A stretch of DNA of 64,000 nucleotides from an uncultured Pseudomonadota bacterium (GCA_963847705.1 CAWKBC010000007.1:64001-128000); one strand, 5' to 3'. Numbered from the stretch's first letter, positions 33,004 to 44,719 are shown. Notes: generated by a model not told the origin, from the letters alone. Numbers and translations are program-made.

Positions 33004-33822
33004 TTAGCCGAACAGGCGGCCGAAGAAACCGCGCTTCTCTTCCTCGATGAAGCGGTGTTCCCGCTCCTGCCCGAGGTAGCGGTAGACCACGTCGAGGTAG
33101 GCCTGCGCGACGTCGGTCGTCTCGTCGAGGATGGCCGGCGCGCCCTTGTTGGACGACTGCAGCACCGCCTTCGACTCGGGGATCACGCCGAGCAGCGGAA
33201 TCCCCAGCAGCTCGAGGACGTCGCCCACGCTCAGCATCTCGCCGCGCTTGACCATCATCGGCGAGTAGCGGGTGAGGAGGAGGTGGGTGCGGATGGCCGG
33301 ACCGCCGATCTCGGCGCGGCTGGTCTTGGCGGCGAGCAACCCGAGGACGCGGTCGGAGTCGCGCACCGACGAGACCTCGGGGTTGGTCACGACGATGGCC
33401 TCGTCGGCGAAGTACATGGCCATCTGGGCCCCCTTCTCGATGCCGGCGGGCGAGTCGCAGATGATGTACTCGAACCCCATCTGCTTGAGCTCCTCGATGA
33501 TCCGGCCGACCCCCTCGGGATCGAGCGCGTCCTTGTCGCGCGTCTGCGACGCCGGCAGGACGTAGAGGTTCTCGACCCGCTTGTCGCGGATCAGCGCCTG
33601 CTGCAGCTTGGCCTCGTTGCGCAGGACGTTGACGAAGTCGTAGACGACCCGCCGCTCGCATCCCATCACCAGATCGAGGTTGCGCAGCCCGACGTCGAAA
33701 TCGATCGCGACGGTCTTCTTCCCCTGGAGGGCGATCCCGGTCGAGATGTTGGCGCTGGTGGTGGTCTTGCCAACCCCGCCCTTGCCTGAAGTAACGACGA
33801 CGACTTTGGACGCATTCGACAC
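33004..33822 (-). CDS. minD: Septum site-determining ATPase MinD
   Basis: TSGKGGVGKTT, DFDVGLRNLDLVMGCERRVVYD, C-terminal membrane-targeting helix GFFGRLFG; AGGAGG RBS and GTG start. Confidence 0.97.
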   Translation of the reverse strand: MSNASKVVVVTSGKGGVGKTTTSANISTGIALQGKKTVAIDFDVGLRNLDLVMGCERRVVYDFVNVLRNEAKLQQALIRDKRVENLYVLPASQTRDKDALDPEGVGRIIEELKQMGFEYIICDSPAGIEKGAQMAMYFADEAIVVTNPEVSSVRDSDRVLGLLAAKTSRAEIGGPAIRTHLLLTRYSPMMVKRGEMLSVGDVLELLGIPLLGVIPESKAVLQSSNKGAPAILDETTDVAQAYLDVVYRYLGQEREHRFIEEEKRGFFGRLFG

Positions 33823-33917
33823 GTGAGCCTCCTTCATGCAGCTGCCTGACGTGCAGCCACCTGAGCTCCATTGAACGAGCGTTCCCGCGACGTTCCAAAT
33901 TTTTTGTGACTATTTTT

Positions 33918-33966
33918 GCGGAGACCCTGAGAGGGTTCCCGCGCCCTCCCACGACGGGCTCCGCCG
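33918..33966. repeat. REP-like hairpin copy between minC and minD
   Basis: GAGACCCT-gag-AGGGTTCC-cgcg-CCCTCCCACGACGGGCTC, similar to the 25.3 kb and 46.6 kb copies. Confidence 0.65.
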
Positions 33967-34042
33967 AGACCGGGGCCCCCGCCGATGTCCGCGTCGGCGG
34001 GGTGGCTTGAAGCTCGGCTCCGCCCAGGCGATCTTCTACGTT

Positions 34043-34861
34043 TCACAGCGCGGTGATCCGGCACTCGCCGTTTTCGAGGAAGACCTGGGCGGCGCGACCG
34101 CGCAACGCGGTCGGGATCTCCTCGGCCATCACGTAGGCGCCAGCGATCGCCACCAGCTCGGCCTCCAGCTTCTGGCAGAAGATGCGCGCGCCCGGCAGTC
34201 CGGCCGCGCCGGCCACCGCCCGCCCGCGCAGCGGCGCGTAGACGTGCAGGTGCCCGTCGGCGATCACTTGCGCGCCCGGGTTCACCGGCGCCAGCACGAC
34301 CAGATCGTTGTCACGCGCGTGGATCACCTGGCCGCCACGCACAGGCTTGGTCACCACCATCGGGCCGGCGTGCGGCGCCCGCGGGAGCGCCGCAGGAAGA
34401 GCAGCCGACGCGGTGGCGGTCGGGGCCGGCTCCGGCGCTGCGGCCTCGGCCGCCTCACTCTCGTCGGTGGCGCGCCCGCGCGGCGCGACGGGTGGGCGCC
34501 AGACCCCCAGGCCCGCCGCAGCGACGGCGCCACGGAGCTCCTCGGGGATGTTGGCCGCCGCCACCGGAACCAGCTTGCAGGCGCGCAGCGCTCTCACGAG
34601 ATCGTCGAGCACCAGCGACGACGCTCCCTCGCCGAGCCCGCCCAGATCGACCAGCACCGGCGCGTCGAGGAACAGGCTCGGCAGCTTGGCGACCTTGGCC
34701 CGCAGCTGCTGCTCGACCAGATCGACGTCCGTGCTGCGCAGCCGCAGCATCGTGAACGACGCCATCGTCCCCTTGAGGTCGAACGCCTCGGGCCGTCGCG
34801 ACTTCGCCGCCGCTTGAGACCCAGTCGATGGAGACAGAGGCAGAGCTGGTGAGGCCGTCAC
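34043..34861 (-). CDS. minC: Septum site-determining protein MinC
   Basis: FDLKG N-domain; PVRGGQVIHA..NDLVVLAPVNPGAQVIADGHLHVYAPLRGRAVAG...IFCQKLEAELVAIAG. Confidence 0.95.
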   Translation of the reverse strand: MTASPALPLSPSTGSQAAAKSRRPEAFDLKGTMASFTMLRLRSTDVDLVEQQLRAKVAKLPSLFLDAPVLVDLGGLGEGASSLVLDDLVRALRACKLVPVAAANIPEELRGAVAAAGLGVWRPPVAPRGRATDESEAAEAAAPEPAPTATASAALPAALPRAPHAGPMVVTKPVRGGQVIHARDNDLVVLAPVNPGAQVIADGHLHVYAPLRGRAVAGAAGLPGARIFCQKLEAELVAIAGAYVMAEEIPTALRGRAAQVFLENGECRITAL

Positions 34862-34904
34862 CAGCCCATTGTGAGGCGCCCGGCCCGCCCGTCAAAAAAT
34901 CGCT

Positions 34905-35003
34905 TCGGGCGAGGGACAGCCTTTGCTGGCCCCCGCCCATCGCGGGAGGTTCGCGTCGGGCGAGGGACAGCCTTTGCTGGCCCGCGCCCATCGCGGGAGA
35001 TTC
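34905..35003. repeat. Tandem duplication with 51-bp period, containing a hairpin
   Basis: Two copies of tcgggcgagggacagcctttgctggcccScgcccatcgcgggagRttc. Confidence 0.85.
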
Positions 35004-35006
35004 ACT

Positions 35007-37844
35007 TCAGCTGCAGGGGGGGTCGAGGCAGATCTTGATCTGGCAGTCGGCCGTGCACGAGGAGCCGGGGGTGCCGTTGGCGCTCCCCAGGTCGCACTGC
35101 TCGCCCTCGTCGGTGTCGACGACGGTGTCGCCGCAGCAGCTCGGGTTGGTGCAGGTCGAGGTGCAGCCCCCGCTGTTGCACGTCTTCGTGTAGGCGACGC
35201 CATTGTTGGCGCCGTCGTCGCACTGCTCGGGACCGTTGACCGTGCCGTCGCCGCAGAAGGGCCCGTAGGTGCACGACGTCGTGCATCCGTTGTAAGCGTT
35301 GTCGTCGTTGTTCATGCCGTTGCAGGAGGCGGCCTGGGTCGTGACCCCCGCGCTGCCGCAGTCGCACTCCTCGCCGCCGGTCTGCACGCCGTCGCCGCAG
35401 AAGGGCCCGCACTGCGTCTGCGTGGTCGAAAAACCGCTCAGCGTGAGCTGGAAGTTCGATTCAGACGGATGACCGTCCCGGGTAAAGATGGCGATCTCGT
35501 AGGTGCTTCCGGTCGTCAGCCCCAAGTTGAGGGGCCGGGTCCGGCAGTCGCAGGTCGCGCTGTCGCAGTTCGGTTCTGTCGTGCTGCCATTGCTGTTGAA
35601 CGCCACCTTGGTGACGGGATCGCTGCCGGTGCAGGGGATGAGATCGCCCACGTTGGCGCCCGCGGGAAGCGTCTGTCCCGGCAGATAGACCTCGCCTCCC
35701 TCTTGGGTGGTGGCCATGCCGGTTGCGTCGACATGCACCTTGCCCGGGAGGCGCTGGTGGACGCCACCCAGGTCGACGACCAGGATGCCGTTGATGAAGA
35801 CGAACGTATCGTCGTCGCCGTAGAACTGCAGGTCGAAGGGACCGTTGAAGGCAAAGAGGTAACGGGCCTCCGTCGAGAACCACGAGTCGTGGAACCAACC
35901 CTGCATCGTGGGGACCCAGTTGCCGTTCGGCTCGGTGGCGAAGGAGACGCTGGGCGGGAAGAGGTACTGGTCGCCCTTGCAGCCGGCGCCACCGCCGAAC
36001 GCCGTGGTGCTGGTGCTGTACGGGCTGTACCAGTAGGGCCACAGGTCGCAAAGCAGCTGCTCGCCCGAGGGCATCATGTGCGTCGCGCCCGGCCCGTTTG
36101 GGGTCCCGTTCAACGTGCCCGCGGCGCCGTTGTACACCAGGCCAGTCGTGGCGTTCATCCCCGTGAGCTCGGCGGCCGTGTAGTAGAGCGGGAACATGTT
36201 GGTCGTCGGATCGAGCGGGAAGAAGCCGCCGAAGACGCTGTTCTGCGCGCTCGAGAACTGGTAGTAGCCGGTGTTCCCGGCCAGCGTCGCCGGCGCCAGC
36301 TCGAGAACGCCGATGGCGTGTTTGCTGGCCGTGGTGCCGTCGCTCTCATAACTGCCGTCCTGCCACCACTGTCCGAAGGTGGTCGCGCTGGTCACGACGG
36401 GCGCGCAGCCGTGGTACATCGGGTGCCCGGACGCCCCCGAGGTGTACGTGAGGCCGTTGGTCGGGCCGTTGGCCGCCTGAGTGTAGCCCGGAACGTGGCC
36501 CCCATTGGTGTCATGGCTGAAGTCAGTGAACTGACAGTCGGCCAGCGTGGCGACGCCGTTGCAACCCATGCGTGAACTGTTGAACGTTGGCTTGCCGGTG
36601 CAGTCGAGGTTCGGCTTGGCGATATCCCACGCACGCGACGTCGAATCGTTGAGTCGGGCCGGACCGCTGGAGTTCGGAACGCAGTAGCGCTTGCTGAACG
36701 AGGTGGCCCCCGTCTGTCCCTGAACCCCGGTGATGCTGACGGCGGGGGAAACCGCCGCGCCCAGGAAGAAGAAGTCGGGGTGACCGCCGGTGACGCTCTC
36801 GTTCTTGAAGTCGCGGTACTTGACCGGGAGCTCGAGGCACTTGCCGCTGTTTCCGGCCTGCACGCAGTCGCTGGTATCAGCGATGGGGACGTTCTTGCAG
36901 GTGAACCCCGCCTCTTTCTTGCAGGTGCTGGAACAGCCGTCGCCCGACACGGTGTTGCCGTCATCGCAGTCTTCTCCCGCCTCGACGTTCCCGTTCCCGC
37001 AGACAGTCGAGCAGGCCTGCGTCGTTCCCGCCGTGCCTGCCGTGCAGGAAGCGACGGCGGCGCGGCAAATCGGCTCCTTGGTACACGTCTTGGAACAACC
37101 GGTCCCGTCGCCGTTGAAGAGGCCGTTGATTCCGGTGCAGCCGCTCGGCACCTTCGTCGGGTCGTTGCCGCAGTCGCACGATTCACCGGTTTCGACGACG
37201 CCATTGCCGCAGGTCGCGGTGGTGCACATCCCGGCCGCGGGAGCCCCTGACGCCGTCTTCGGACAGCTCGATGCGGGCTCGACCTGGCAGGTCGGCGAGC
37301 AACCATCACCCGCGGTCGTGTTGCCGTCATCGCAGGCTTCGGTCCCTTCGATGACGCCGTCGCCGCAGATCGGAATGCAGGGCTTTCCCGGAACGGGACA
37401 GCGCCACCCGGTCTCGACGGTCAGGCAGTCGCTCGAGCAACCGTCGCCGCTGGTCGTATTCCCGTCGTCGCAGGCCTCGGGCGCGGTGAGGATCCCGTCG
37501 CCACAGATGTCGTTGCGCATGCAGGGCTGCCCGACGGTCGGACAGATCCATCCTTTTTCGATCTGGCAGAGCGGCGTGCAGCCGTCGCCACCCACCTTGT
37601 TGCCGTCATCGCACTTCTCGCCGGGATCGAGCATCGAGTTCCCGCAGGTCATTGCGGCGTTCCCGATGTCGACGCTCCCGGCGTCGACGATGATGTGGCC
37701 GCCGCTCCCATTGTTGCCGCCCTTGCCGCTGCCGTTGCCGGAGCCGCCGGTGCCAGTGCCGGCTTTCGGTGTGACACCGGCGCAGCCAGCAACAATGAGC
37801 CCAAAGATAATCGCCGAAACACTTAAGCTACGGGGGAGCTTCAT
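35007..37844 (-). CDS. Lipoprotein with Myxococcus Cys-rich (DUF4215) repeats and fibro-slime domain
   Basis: Lipobox IVAGC; repeated CGDG...E.CDDGN...GDGCS..C; YRDF...HPDF, FYGDDDTFVFING.LVVDLGGVH and SNFQLTL fibro-slime motifs. Confidence 0.9.
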   Translation of the reverse strand: MKLPRSLSVSAIIFGLIVAGCAGVTPKAGTGTGGSGNGSGKGGNNGSGGHIIVDAGSVDIGNAAMTCGNSMLDPGEKCDDGNKVGGDGCTPLCQIEKGWICPTVGQPCMRNDICGDGILTAPEACDDGNTTSGDGCSSDCLTVETGWRCPVPGKPCIPICGDGVIEGTEACDDGNTTAGDGCSPTCQVEPASSCPKTASGAPAAGMCTTATCGNGVVETGESCDCGNDPTKVPSGCTGINGLFNGDGTGCSKTCTKEPICRAAVASCTAGTAGTTQACSTVCGNGNVEAGEDCDDGNTVSGDGCSSTCKKEAGFTCKNVPIADTSDCVQAGNSGKCLELPVKYRDFKNESVTGGHPDFFFLGAAVSPAVSITGVQGQTGATSFSKRYCVPNSSGPARLNDSTSRAWDIAKPNLDCTGKPTFNSSRMGCNGVATLADCQFTDFSHDTNGGHVPGYTQAANGPTNGLTYTSGASGHPMYHGCAPVVTSATTFGQWWQDGSYESDGTTASKHAIGVLELAPATLAGNTGYYQFSSAQNSVFGGFFPLDPTTNMFPLYYTAAELTGMNATTGLVYNGAAGTLNGTPNGPGATHMMPSGEQLLCDLWPYWYSPYSTSTTAFGGGAGCKGDQYLFPPSVSFATEPNGNWVPTMQGWFHDSWFSTEARYLFAFNGPFDLQFYGDDDTFVFINGILVVDLGGVHQRLPGKVHVDATGMATTQEGGEVYLPGQTLPAGANVGDLIPCTGSDPVTKVAFNSNGSTTEPNCDSATCDCRTRPLNLGLTTGSTYEIAIFTRDGHPSESNFQLTLSGFSTTQTQCGPFCGDGVQTGGEECDCGSAGVTTQAASCNGMNNDDNAYNGCTTSCTYGPFCGDGTVNGPEQCDDGANNGVAYTKTCNSGGCTSTCTNPSCCGDTVVDTDEGEQCDLGSANGTPGSSCTADCQIKICLDPPCS

Positions 37845-37935
37845 GCTGCGGACGATAGCTCTGCTGAATTCTCCTTGCGCAGACAAATGATCAACCCGAA
37901 ACAAATCGGGAGGATGACCTGCGACATGTGGGCGT

Positions 37936-38334
37936 TTATCGCCCTAGTCGGCCGCGCTCACGGGCTGCCCGCGCGATGGCCGCCCAGCGCCGGTTGTCGC
38001 CGGCCGCCTCGAGCTTCTCGGAACGAGACAACCCCTTGATTGCGCGTTCGATTCTGAGCGCCGTCCCCTGGTCCCGGCAGCGGTGGGCAGAGAGCAGAAC
38101 GATCGGCCCGCGCCCCCGGGTGTAGCGCGCCCCTTTCCCGGACCCATGAGCCGCGATCCGGGCCGGCACGTCGCGGGCGATACCGCAGTAGAGCGTCCCG
38201 TCCCCACAGCGCACGAGATAGACCCACCAGGCACCGCCAGCAACCGCTGTCCCGCCGGCAACCGCTGTCCCGCGGGCGACGGCTCTCCGGCCGGCGATCC
38301 CCGTCCCGTCGGCGACGGCTGTCCTGCCCGCCAC
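37936..38334 (-). CDS. GIY-YIG nuclease (YhbQ/UPF0213-like) with repeat-derived N-terminus
   Basis: WVYLVRCGDGTLYCGIARD...H.SGKGARYTRGRGP...ALRIERAIK; start uncertain. Confidence 0.85.
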   Translation of the reverse strand: MAGRTAVADGTGIAGRRAVARGTAVAGGTAVAGGAWWVYLVRCGDGTLYCGIARDVPARIAAHGSGKGARYTRGRGPIVLLSAHRCRDQGTALRIERAIKGLSRSEKLEAAGDNRRWAAIARAARERGRLGR

Positions 38335-38358
38335 GGCAGTCCCGCGCGCTACGGCAGT
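38240..38358. repeat. Degenerate 18-bp tandem repeat (about 6.5 units) running into the gltD stop codon
   Basis: Units begin at 38240, 38258, 38276, 38294, 38312, 38330 and 38348 (gcNacSgcWgtcccgcNN). Confidence 0.75.
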
Positions 38359-39833
38359 AACGTCTCGCCCATCAGATAGCGATCGACGCCGCGGGCGGCG
38401 GCGCGACCTTCGGCAATCGCCCAGACGATCAACGACTGGCCGCGCGCCATGTCGCCCGCCGCGAAGACGCCGCCGACGCTGGTCGCCTTCTCACCGTCGA
38501 CGGCGACGTTGCCGCGCCCGTCGAGGGTCACGCCGAGCTCGGTCAAGAGGCCCGGCTTCTCGGGACCGACGAATCCCATCGCCAGCAGCACCAGCTCCGC
38601 CGGCCAGACGCGCTCGCTGCCGGGCTTCTCTTTCATCGCCAGGCGGCCATCGCCGTTCTTCGCCCACTCGACCTCGATCGTGTGCAGCTCTTTGACGTTG
38701 CCGGCGCTGTCACCGACGAGCCCCTTGGTCACCGTCACGTACTGGCGCGGGTCGGCGCCGAAGAGGGCCGCCGCCTCCTCTTGCCCGTAGTCGAGCTTGT
38801 AGATGCGCGGCCACTGCGGCCAGGGGTTGTCGTCCGCGCGCAGCGTCGGCGGGCGCGGCAGGATCTCGAACTGCACCAGGCTCTTGCAGCCGTGGCGCAG
38901 GGAGGTCCCCACGCAGTCGGTGCCGGTGTCGCCGCCGCCGATCACGATGACGTTCTTCCCCTTGGCGTCGATGTACTGGCCGTCGGCGAAGTTGCTGTCG
39001 AGCAGGCTCTTGCAGCTCTTCTGCAGGAACTCCATGGCGAAGTGAACGCCGCCCAGGTTCCGCCCCTCGAGGGGGAGATCGCGGGCGGCGGTGGCGCCGC
39101 CGCAGAGCACGATGGCGTCGAACGACGCACGCAGCTTGTCGGTCGGATAGTTCTGCCCGATGTGCGCGCCGGTGACGAACTTGATCCCTTCCTCGGCCAG
39201 CAGGTTCACGCGCCGGTCGACGATCTGCTTCTCCAGCTTCATGGGCGGGATGCCGTACATCAAGAGGCCGCCGATCCGATCGTCGCGCTCGAACACGGTC
39301 ACCGTGTGGCCGGCCCGGTTGAGCTGCGCCGCGCAGGCCAGGCCGGCCGGTCCCGAGCCGACGACAGCGACCGTCTTGCCGGTCCGTCGCAGCGGCGGCT
39401 CGGCGACGATCCATCCCTCCGCGAACCCCTTGTCGACGATCGCGCACTCGATGCTCTTGATGCTGACCGCCGGCTCGCTGATGCCGAGCACGCACGAGCC
39501 TTCACAGGGCGCTGGACAGACGCGGCCGGTGAACTCGGGGAAGTTGTTGGTCTTGTGCAGGCGCAGCAAGGCCTCGTGCCACTGTCCGCGGTAGACGAGG
39601 TCATTCCACTCGGGGATGAGGTTGTTGATCGGACAACCCGAAGCCCCCCCCGGCAGGATGGTCCCCGTGTGGCAGAAGGGGACGCCGCAATCCATGCAGC
39701 GCGCGCCCTGCTCCTTCAGGGTCGCCTCCGGCAGGTGGTCGTGGAACTCCTTCCAGTCGCGCACGCGCGTGTGCGGATCGCGGCCGGGGTCCTCGCGCCG
39801 CTCGAACTCCATGAAGCCAGTCAGCTTACCCAT
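38349..39833 (-). CDS. gltD: Glutamate synthase small subunit
   Basis: [64 protein letters not shown]. Confidence 0.97.
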   Translation of the reverse strand: MGKLTGFMEFERREDPGRDPHTRVRDWKEFHDHLPEATLKEQGARCMDCGVPFCHTGTILPGGASGCPINNLIPEWNDLVYRGQWHEALLRLHKTNNFPEFTGRVCPAPCEGSCVLGISEPAVSIKSIECAIVDKGFAEGWIVAEPPLRRTGKTVAVVGSGPAGLACAAQLNRAGHTVTVFERDDRIGGLLMYGIPPMKLEKQIVDRRVNLLAEEGIKFVTGAHIGQNYPTDKLRASFDAIVLCGGATAARDLPLEGRNLGGVHFAMEFLQKSCKSLLDSNFADGQYIDAKGKNVIVIGGGDTGTDCVGTSLRHGCKSLVQFEILPRPPTLRADDNPWPQWPRIYKLDYGQEEAAALFGADPRQYVTVTKGLVGDSAGNVKELHTIEVEWAKNGDGRLAMKEKPGSERVWPAELVLLAMGFVGPEKPGLLTELGVTLDGRGNVAVDGEKATSVGGVFAAGDMARGQSLIVWAIAEGRAAARGVDRYLMGETLLP

Positions 39834-39839
39834 GACTGC

Positions 39840-42800
39840 CTACTTCCCCCCGAGGCGCGCGGTGTCTTTGGAATTCAGCTCGAAGGCGGCCATCTCGGCC
39901 TCCTCTGGCGAAAGGCCCTTGTCGCGCATCTTCTTTTGCGTCTCGAGGACGCGGCGGTAGTCGTTCGGCATGACGCGCACGAAGTACGGCACCCATTCCT
40001 TCCAGGTCGCCAGGATCTCCTCGGCGCGCTTGCTGCCGGTCAACTGCGCGTGGCGCAGGACCAGCCCGTGCACCAGCTTCGCCTCTTCGGGATCTTCCAG
40101 CTTGTCCAGGCCGACCATCTCCTTGTTGCAACGCTTGGCGAAGGTGCCCCCCTCGTCGAGCACGTAGGCGACGCCGCCCGACATCCCGGCGGCGAAGTTG
40201 CGACCGCTGTTGCCGATGATCACCACGCGGCCGCCGGTCATGTATTCGCAGCCGTGATCGCCAACCCCTTCGACGACCGCGTTGGCGCCGCTGTTGCGGA
40301 CGGCGAAGCGCTCCCCGGCCACGCCCCGGAAAAACGCCTCACCGGCGGTGGCGCCGTAGAGCGCCACATTGCCGATGAGGATGTTCTCCTCGGCGGCGAA
40401 GGTCGCTTCCTTCGACGGGTAAACGATGATCCGGCCCCCCGAGAGCCCCTTGCCGACGTAGTCGTTGGCGTCCCCTTCCAGCGTCAGCGTCATGCCGCGC
40501 GGGATGAACGCGCCGAAGCTCTGCCCGGCGGAGCCGGTGAACTTCAGCTTGATCGTGTCGTCGGGCAGTCCGTCCGGGCCGTACTTCCGCGTGATCTCGC
40601 TGCCGGTGATGGTGCCGACGACACGGTTGACGTTGCGGATCGGGATCGACGCCGCGACCTTCTCGCCGCGCGCGATGGCCGGCTCGCACAGCGGCAGGAT
40701 CGTCGTCATGTCGAGCGAGCTCTCCAGGCCATGGTCCTGGTCCATCGTCCGGTAACGTCCGACCTCGGGACCGACCTGTGGCTGGTAGAGGATCTTCGAG
40801 AGGTCGAGCCCCCGCGCCTTCCAGTGGTCGATCGCCGGCTTCATCTCCAGATGCTCGGTGTGCCCGATCATCTCGTTCAGGGTGCGGAAGCCGAGCTCCG
40901 CCATCAGCTCGCGGACCTCGGTGGCCACGAAGCGCATGAAGTTGACGGCGTTCTCCGGCTTGCCGGTGAACTTCTTCCGCAGCTCGGGGTTCTGCGTGGC
41001 CACACCGACCGGGCAGGTGTTGAGGTGACAGACCCGCATCATGATGCAGCCCACGGAGACCAGCGGCGCCGTCGAGAAGCCGAACTCCTCGGCCCCCAGC
41101 AGCGCGGCGACCACGACGTCGCGGCCGGTCTTCAGCTGCCCGTCCGTCTCGACGACGATCCGGCTGCGCAGGCCATTGAGCACCAGCACCTGGTGCGCCT
41201 CGGCCAGCCCCAGCTCCCAGGGCGCGCCCGCGTGCTTGAGGCTGGTGAGGGGCGACGCCCCGGTCCCGCCGTCGTGCCCGCTGATGAGCACCAGGTCGGC
41301 GTGCGCCTTGGCCACGCCGGCCGCGATCGTCCCCACGCCGACCTCGGCGACCAGCTTCACGCTGATGCGCGCGCGCGGGTTGGCGTTCTTGAGGTCGTGG
41401 ATGAGCTGCGCCAGGTCCTCGATCGAATAGATGTCGTGGTGGGGCGGCGGCGAGATGAGCCCCACGCCCGGCGTCGAGTAGCGAACCTTGGCAATCCAGG
41501 GATAGACCTTGGACCCGGGGAGCTGCCCCCCTTCGCCAGGCTTCGCTCCCTGCGCCATCTTGATCTGGATCTCGTCGGCGCTGATCAGGTACTGGCTGGT
41601 CACTCCGAAGCGGCCCGAAGCGACCTGCTTGATCGCGCTCCGCCGTGAATCGCCGTTGGCGTCGGGGACGAAGCGCGCCGGGTCCTCACCGCCCTCGCCG
41701 GTGTTGCTCTTGCCGCCGATGCGGTTCATGGCGATGGCCAGCGTCTCGTGCGCCTCCTTGCTGATCGAGCCGTACGACATGGCGCCGGTCTTGAAGCGCT
41801 TGAGGATCGCCTCCATCGGCTCGACCTCCTCGAGCGGCACCGGCTTGCGGGTGGACTTGAGGTCCATCAATCCGCGCAGCGTGCAGAGGTGCCTCGCCTG
41901 ATCGTCGATCAGCTTCGAATACTCCTTGAAGATCTTGAAGTCGCCGGTGCGGCAGGCGTACTGCAGCTTGTGGATGCTCTCCGGGTTGAAGAGGTGGTAC
42001 TCCCCGTTGCGCCGGTACTGGTACTGGCCGCCCGGCTCCAGGCTCTCCTCCGGCAGCGGCCGCTCCGGGAAGGCGCGCAGGTGGCGCTCGCGCACCTCGG
42101 CGGCGACCTCCTCGATGCCGATCCCCTCCACGCGCGAGGCGGTCCAGGTGAAGTACTCGTCGATGAACGGCTGGTTGAGGCCGATCGCCTCGAACACCTG
42201 GGCCCCGTGGTAGCTCTGAATGGTCGAGATCCCCATCTTCGAGCAGACCTTCACGATCCCCTTGGCGACCGCCTTGACGTACTTCTGCTCGGCCTTTTCG
42301 GCGTCTCCCGGCACGAGGCCCTGCTTGACCATGTCGTGGAGCGATTCGAACGCCAGATAGGGGTTCATGGCGCTGGCGCCGTACCCGAGCAGCAGCGCGA
42401 AGTGGTGCACCTCGCGCGGCTCACCGGTCTCGAGGACCAGCCCGACCCGCGTGCGCGACCCTTCGCGCAGGAGGTGGTGCTGCACCGACGCGACCGTCAG
42501 CAGCGACGGGATCGGGGCCCGCTGGCGGTCGTGCCCGCGGTCAGAGAGGATGATGATGTTGTACCCGTCGGCGATCGCCTTGCTGGCCGCGGCGCGCAGC
42601 GCCTCGATCCCGGCCCGCAGCCCTTCACCGCCCGCCGCCACGTCGTAGAGCGCCGGCAGGGTGATGCTCTTGAACCCGTGCGAGGTGGGACCACCGTCGA
42701 GGTTGCGCAGCTTCTCCAGCTCCTCGTTGCGCAGCACGGGCGTGGGGAGGCCGATCTGGCGCGCCGAGGCGGGCGTCGGCTCGAGCAGGTTCCCCTCGGG

Positions 42801-44453
42801 GCCGATCGCGGTGTCGACCGCCATGATGATCTCCTCGCGGATGGCGTCGACCGGGGGGTTGGTCACCTGGGCGAACAGCTGCTTGAAGTAGCTGAAGAGG
42901 AGCTGTGGTTTGTTCGACAGCACCGCCAGCGGCGTGTCGGTCCCCATCGAGCCGTTGGCCTCGACACCGTCGATCGCCATCGGCGCCACCAAGACCTTGA
43001 GGTCCTCGCTGGTGTAACCAAAGGCCTCCTGGCGGCGCAGCACCGTGTCGTGATCCGGCGAGATCACCGACGGAGGCTTGGGCAGATCGCCGATCGAGAT
43101 CAGGTTCTCCTTCAGCCACTGCCCGTAGGGGGCCGCGGAGGCCATCTCGTCCTTGATCTCGTCGTCGCCGATGATTCGTCCCTGAGCGGTGTCGACCAGG
43201 AACATGCGCCCCGGCTGCAGGCGCCCCTTCTCCAGAATGTTCTCGGGCGGGATGTCGAGCACGCCGACCTCGGAGGCCATCACCACCAGGCCGTCCTTGG
43301 TGACGTAGTAGCGCGACGGGCGCAGGCCGTTGCGGTCGAGCGTGGCGCCGATGCGAACGCCGTCGGTGAAGGCCACCGAGGCGGGACCATCCCAGGGCTC
43401 CATCAGGCAGCCGTGGAACTCGTAGAAGTCCTTGCGGGCGCGCGACATCGACTCGTGGTTCGACCACGGCTCGGGGATCATCATCATCATCGCGTGCGGC
43501 AGCGACCGCCCGGCCAGGAAGAGCAGCTCGAGGACGTTGTCGAACATCCCCGAGTCCGACCCCTCGGTGTCGACGACCGGGATGCACTTTTGCAGGTCGT
43601 CTCCGAACAGCTTGGAGGCGAACATGCTCTCGCGGGCGTGCATCCAGTTGACGTTGCCGCGCAGCGTGTTGATCTCGCCGTTGTGCGCGATCATCCGGTA
43701 AGGATGCGCGCGCGACCAGTTGGGGAAGGTGTTGGTCGAAAACCGCGAGTGAACCAGCGCCAGCGCCGACTCGACGCGCTCGTCCTGCAGGTCGGTGTAG
43801 AACGCGGTCAGTTGATCGCAGTTCAGCATCCCCTTGTAGACAATCGTCCGTGACGAGAGGCTGGAGACGTAGAAGGTCGCCTTCTCGGGAATGTCGAGGC
43901 GGCGGACTGCGTGGCGGGCGCGGCGACGGATGACGTAAAGCTTCCGCTCGAAGGCGTCCTCGTCGGGGATCGACGGGTGACGCGCGATGAAGAGCTGCTT
44001 CATGACCGGCTGCGACCTGCGGGCGGTCGGCCCCAGCATCCGGCTGTCGACCGGAACCTCGCGCCAGCCGAGCACACGCTGCCCCTCGTCGCGCACCACC
44101 TTCTCGAAGAGGTGCTCGCAGGCGGCCCGGCTGCCCGGATCGTTCGGCAAGAAAACCATACCGACGCCGTAGTGACCGACCGCGGGGAGCGTGATGTGCC
44201 CCTTGGCCTCGGCGCAGACGGCGGCCAAGAAGTCGTGCGGGATCTGAATGAGGATCCCGGCGCCGTCGCCGGTATTTTTTTCCGCCCCGCACGCACCACG
44301 GTGCTCGAGGTTCAAAAGGATCTGAACGCCATCGCGGACGATCTTGTTGGACTTGCGTCCCTTCAGATCGACAACGAAGCCAACCCCGCATGAGTCATGC
44401 TCATTTTGGGGATCATATAGACCTTGACGCGGTGGGTTGACGTGCTCTTCCAT
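39840..44453 (-). CDS. gltB: Glutamate synthase large subunit
   Basis: [14 protein letters not shown] (N-terminal nucleophile Cys), [39 protein letters not shown]. Confidence 0.98.
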   Translation of the reverse strand: MEEHVNPPRQGLYDPQNEHDSCGVGFVVDLKGRKSNKIVRDGVQILLNLEHRGACGAEKNTGDGAGILIQIPHDFLAAVCAEAKGHITLPAVGHYGVGMVFLPNDPGSRAACEHLFEKVVRDEGQRVLGWREVPVDSRMLGPTARRSQPVMKQLFIARHPSIPDEDAFERKLYVIRRRARHAVRRLDIPEKATFYVSSLSSRTIVYKGMLNCDQLTAFYTDLQDERVESALALVHSRFSTNTFPNWSRAHPYRMIAHNGEINTLRGNVNWMHARESMFASKLFGDDLQKCIPVVDTEGSDSGMFDNVLELLFLAGRSLPHAMMMMIPEPWSNHESMSRARKDFYEFHGCLMEPWDGPASVAFTDGVRIGATLDRNGLRPSRYYVTKDGLVVMASEVGVLDIPPENILEKGRLQPGRMFLVDTAQGRIIGDDEIKDEMASAAPYGQWLKENLISIGDLPKPPSVISPDHDTVLRRQEAFGYTSEDLKVLVAPMAIDGVEANGSMGTDTPLAVLSNKPQLLFSYFKQLFAQVTNPPVDAIREEIIMAVDTAIGPEGNLLEPTPASARQIGLPTPVLRNEELEKLRNLDGGPTSHGFKSITLPALYDVAAGGEGLRAGIEALRAAASKAIADGYNIIILSDRGHDRQRAPIPSLLTVASVQHHLLREGSRTRVGLVLETGEPREVHHFALLLGYGASAMNPYLAFESLHDMVKQGLVPGDAEKAEQKYVKAVAKGIVKVCSKMGISTIQSYHGAQVFEAIGLNQPFIDEYFTWTASRVEGIGIEEVAAEVRERHLRAFPERPLPEESLEPGGQYQYRRNGEYHLFNPESIHKLQYACRTGDFKIFKEYSKLIDDQARHLCTLRGLMDLKSTRKPVPLEEVEPMEAILKRFKTGAMSYGSISKEAHETLAIAMNRIGGKSNTGEGGEDPARFVPDANGDSRRSAIKQVASGRFGVTSQYLISADEIQIKMAQGAKPGEGGQLPGSKVYPWIAKVRYSTPGVGLISPPPHHDIYSIEDLAQLIHDLKNANPRARISVKLVAEVGVGTIAAGVAKAHADLVLISGHDGGTGASPLTSLKHAGAPWELGLAEAHQVLVLNGLRSRIVVETDGQLKTGRDVVVAALLGAEEFGFSTAPLVSVGCIMMRVCHLNTCPVGVATQNPELRKKFTGKPENAVNFMRFVATEVRELMAELGFRTLNEMIGHTEHLEMKPAIDHWKARGLDLSKILYQPQVGPEVGRYRTMDQDHGLESSLDMTTILPLCEPAIARGEKVAASIPIRNVNRVVGTITGSEITRKYGPDGLPDDTIKLKFTGSAGQSFGAFIPRGMTLTLEGDANDYVGKGLSGGRIIVYPSKEATFAAEENILIGNVALYGATAGEAFFRGVAGERFAVRNSGANAVVEGVGDHGCEYMTGGRVVIIGNSGRNFAAGMSGGVAYVLDEGGTFAKRCNKEMVGLDKLEDPEEAKLVHGLVLRHAQLTGSKRAEEILATWKEWVPYFVRVMPNDYRRVLETQKKMRDKGLSPEEAEMAAFELNSKDTARLGGK

Positions 44454-44568
44454 GGCCTCGGTTTCCGGGAATATTGCCAAACGGCTCACTGTAGCACGCT
44501 GTGGGTGTTCCACGTCCAGCGGGTTTTGTACAGCCGGGCCCGCATAGGGGCCGGAGCTCGCTTCGGGC

Positions 44569-44719
44569 CGGCGTCGCTTCGCTCGCCGGGCCTCGCTCGC
44601 GGCCAGCTCCGCGGGCTCGCATCGGCTCGGCGTCGCTTCGCTCGCCGGGCCTCGCTCGCCGCCAGCTCCGCGGGGCTCGCATCGGCTCGGCGTCGCTTCG
44701 CTCGCCGGGCCTCGCTCGC
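44569..44719 (+). repeat. About 2.5 tandem copies of a 59/60-bp REP-like unit (CGGCGTCGCTTCGCTCGCCGGGCCTCGCTCGC...)
   Basis: Units start at 44569, 44628 and 44688; inverted copies at about 45085-45212. Confidence 0.9.
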
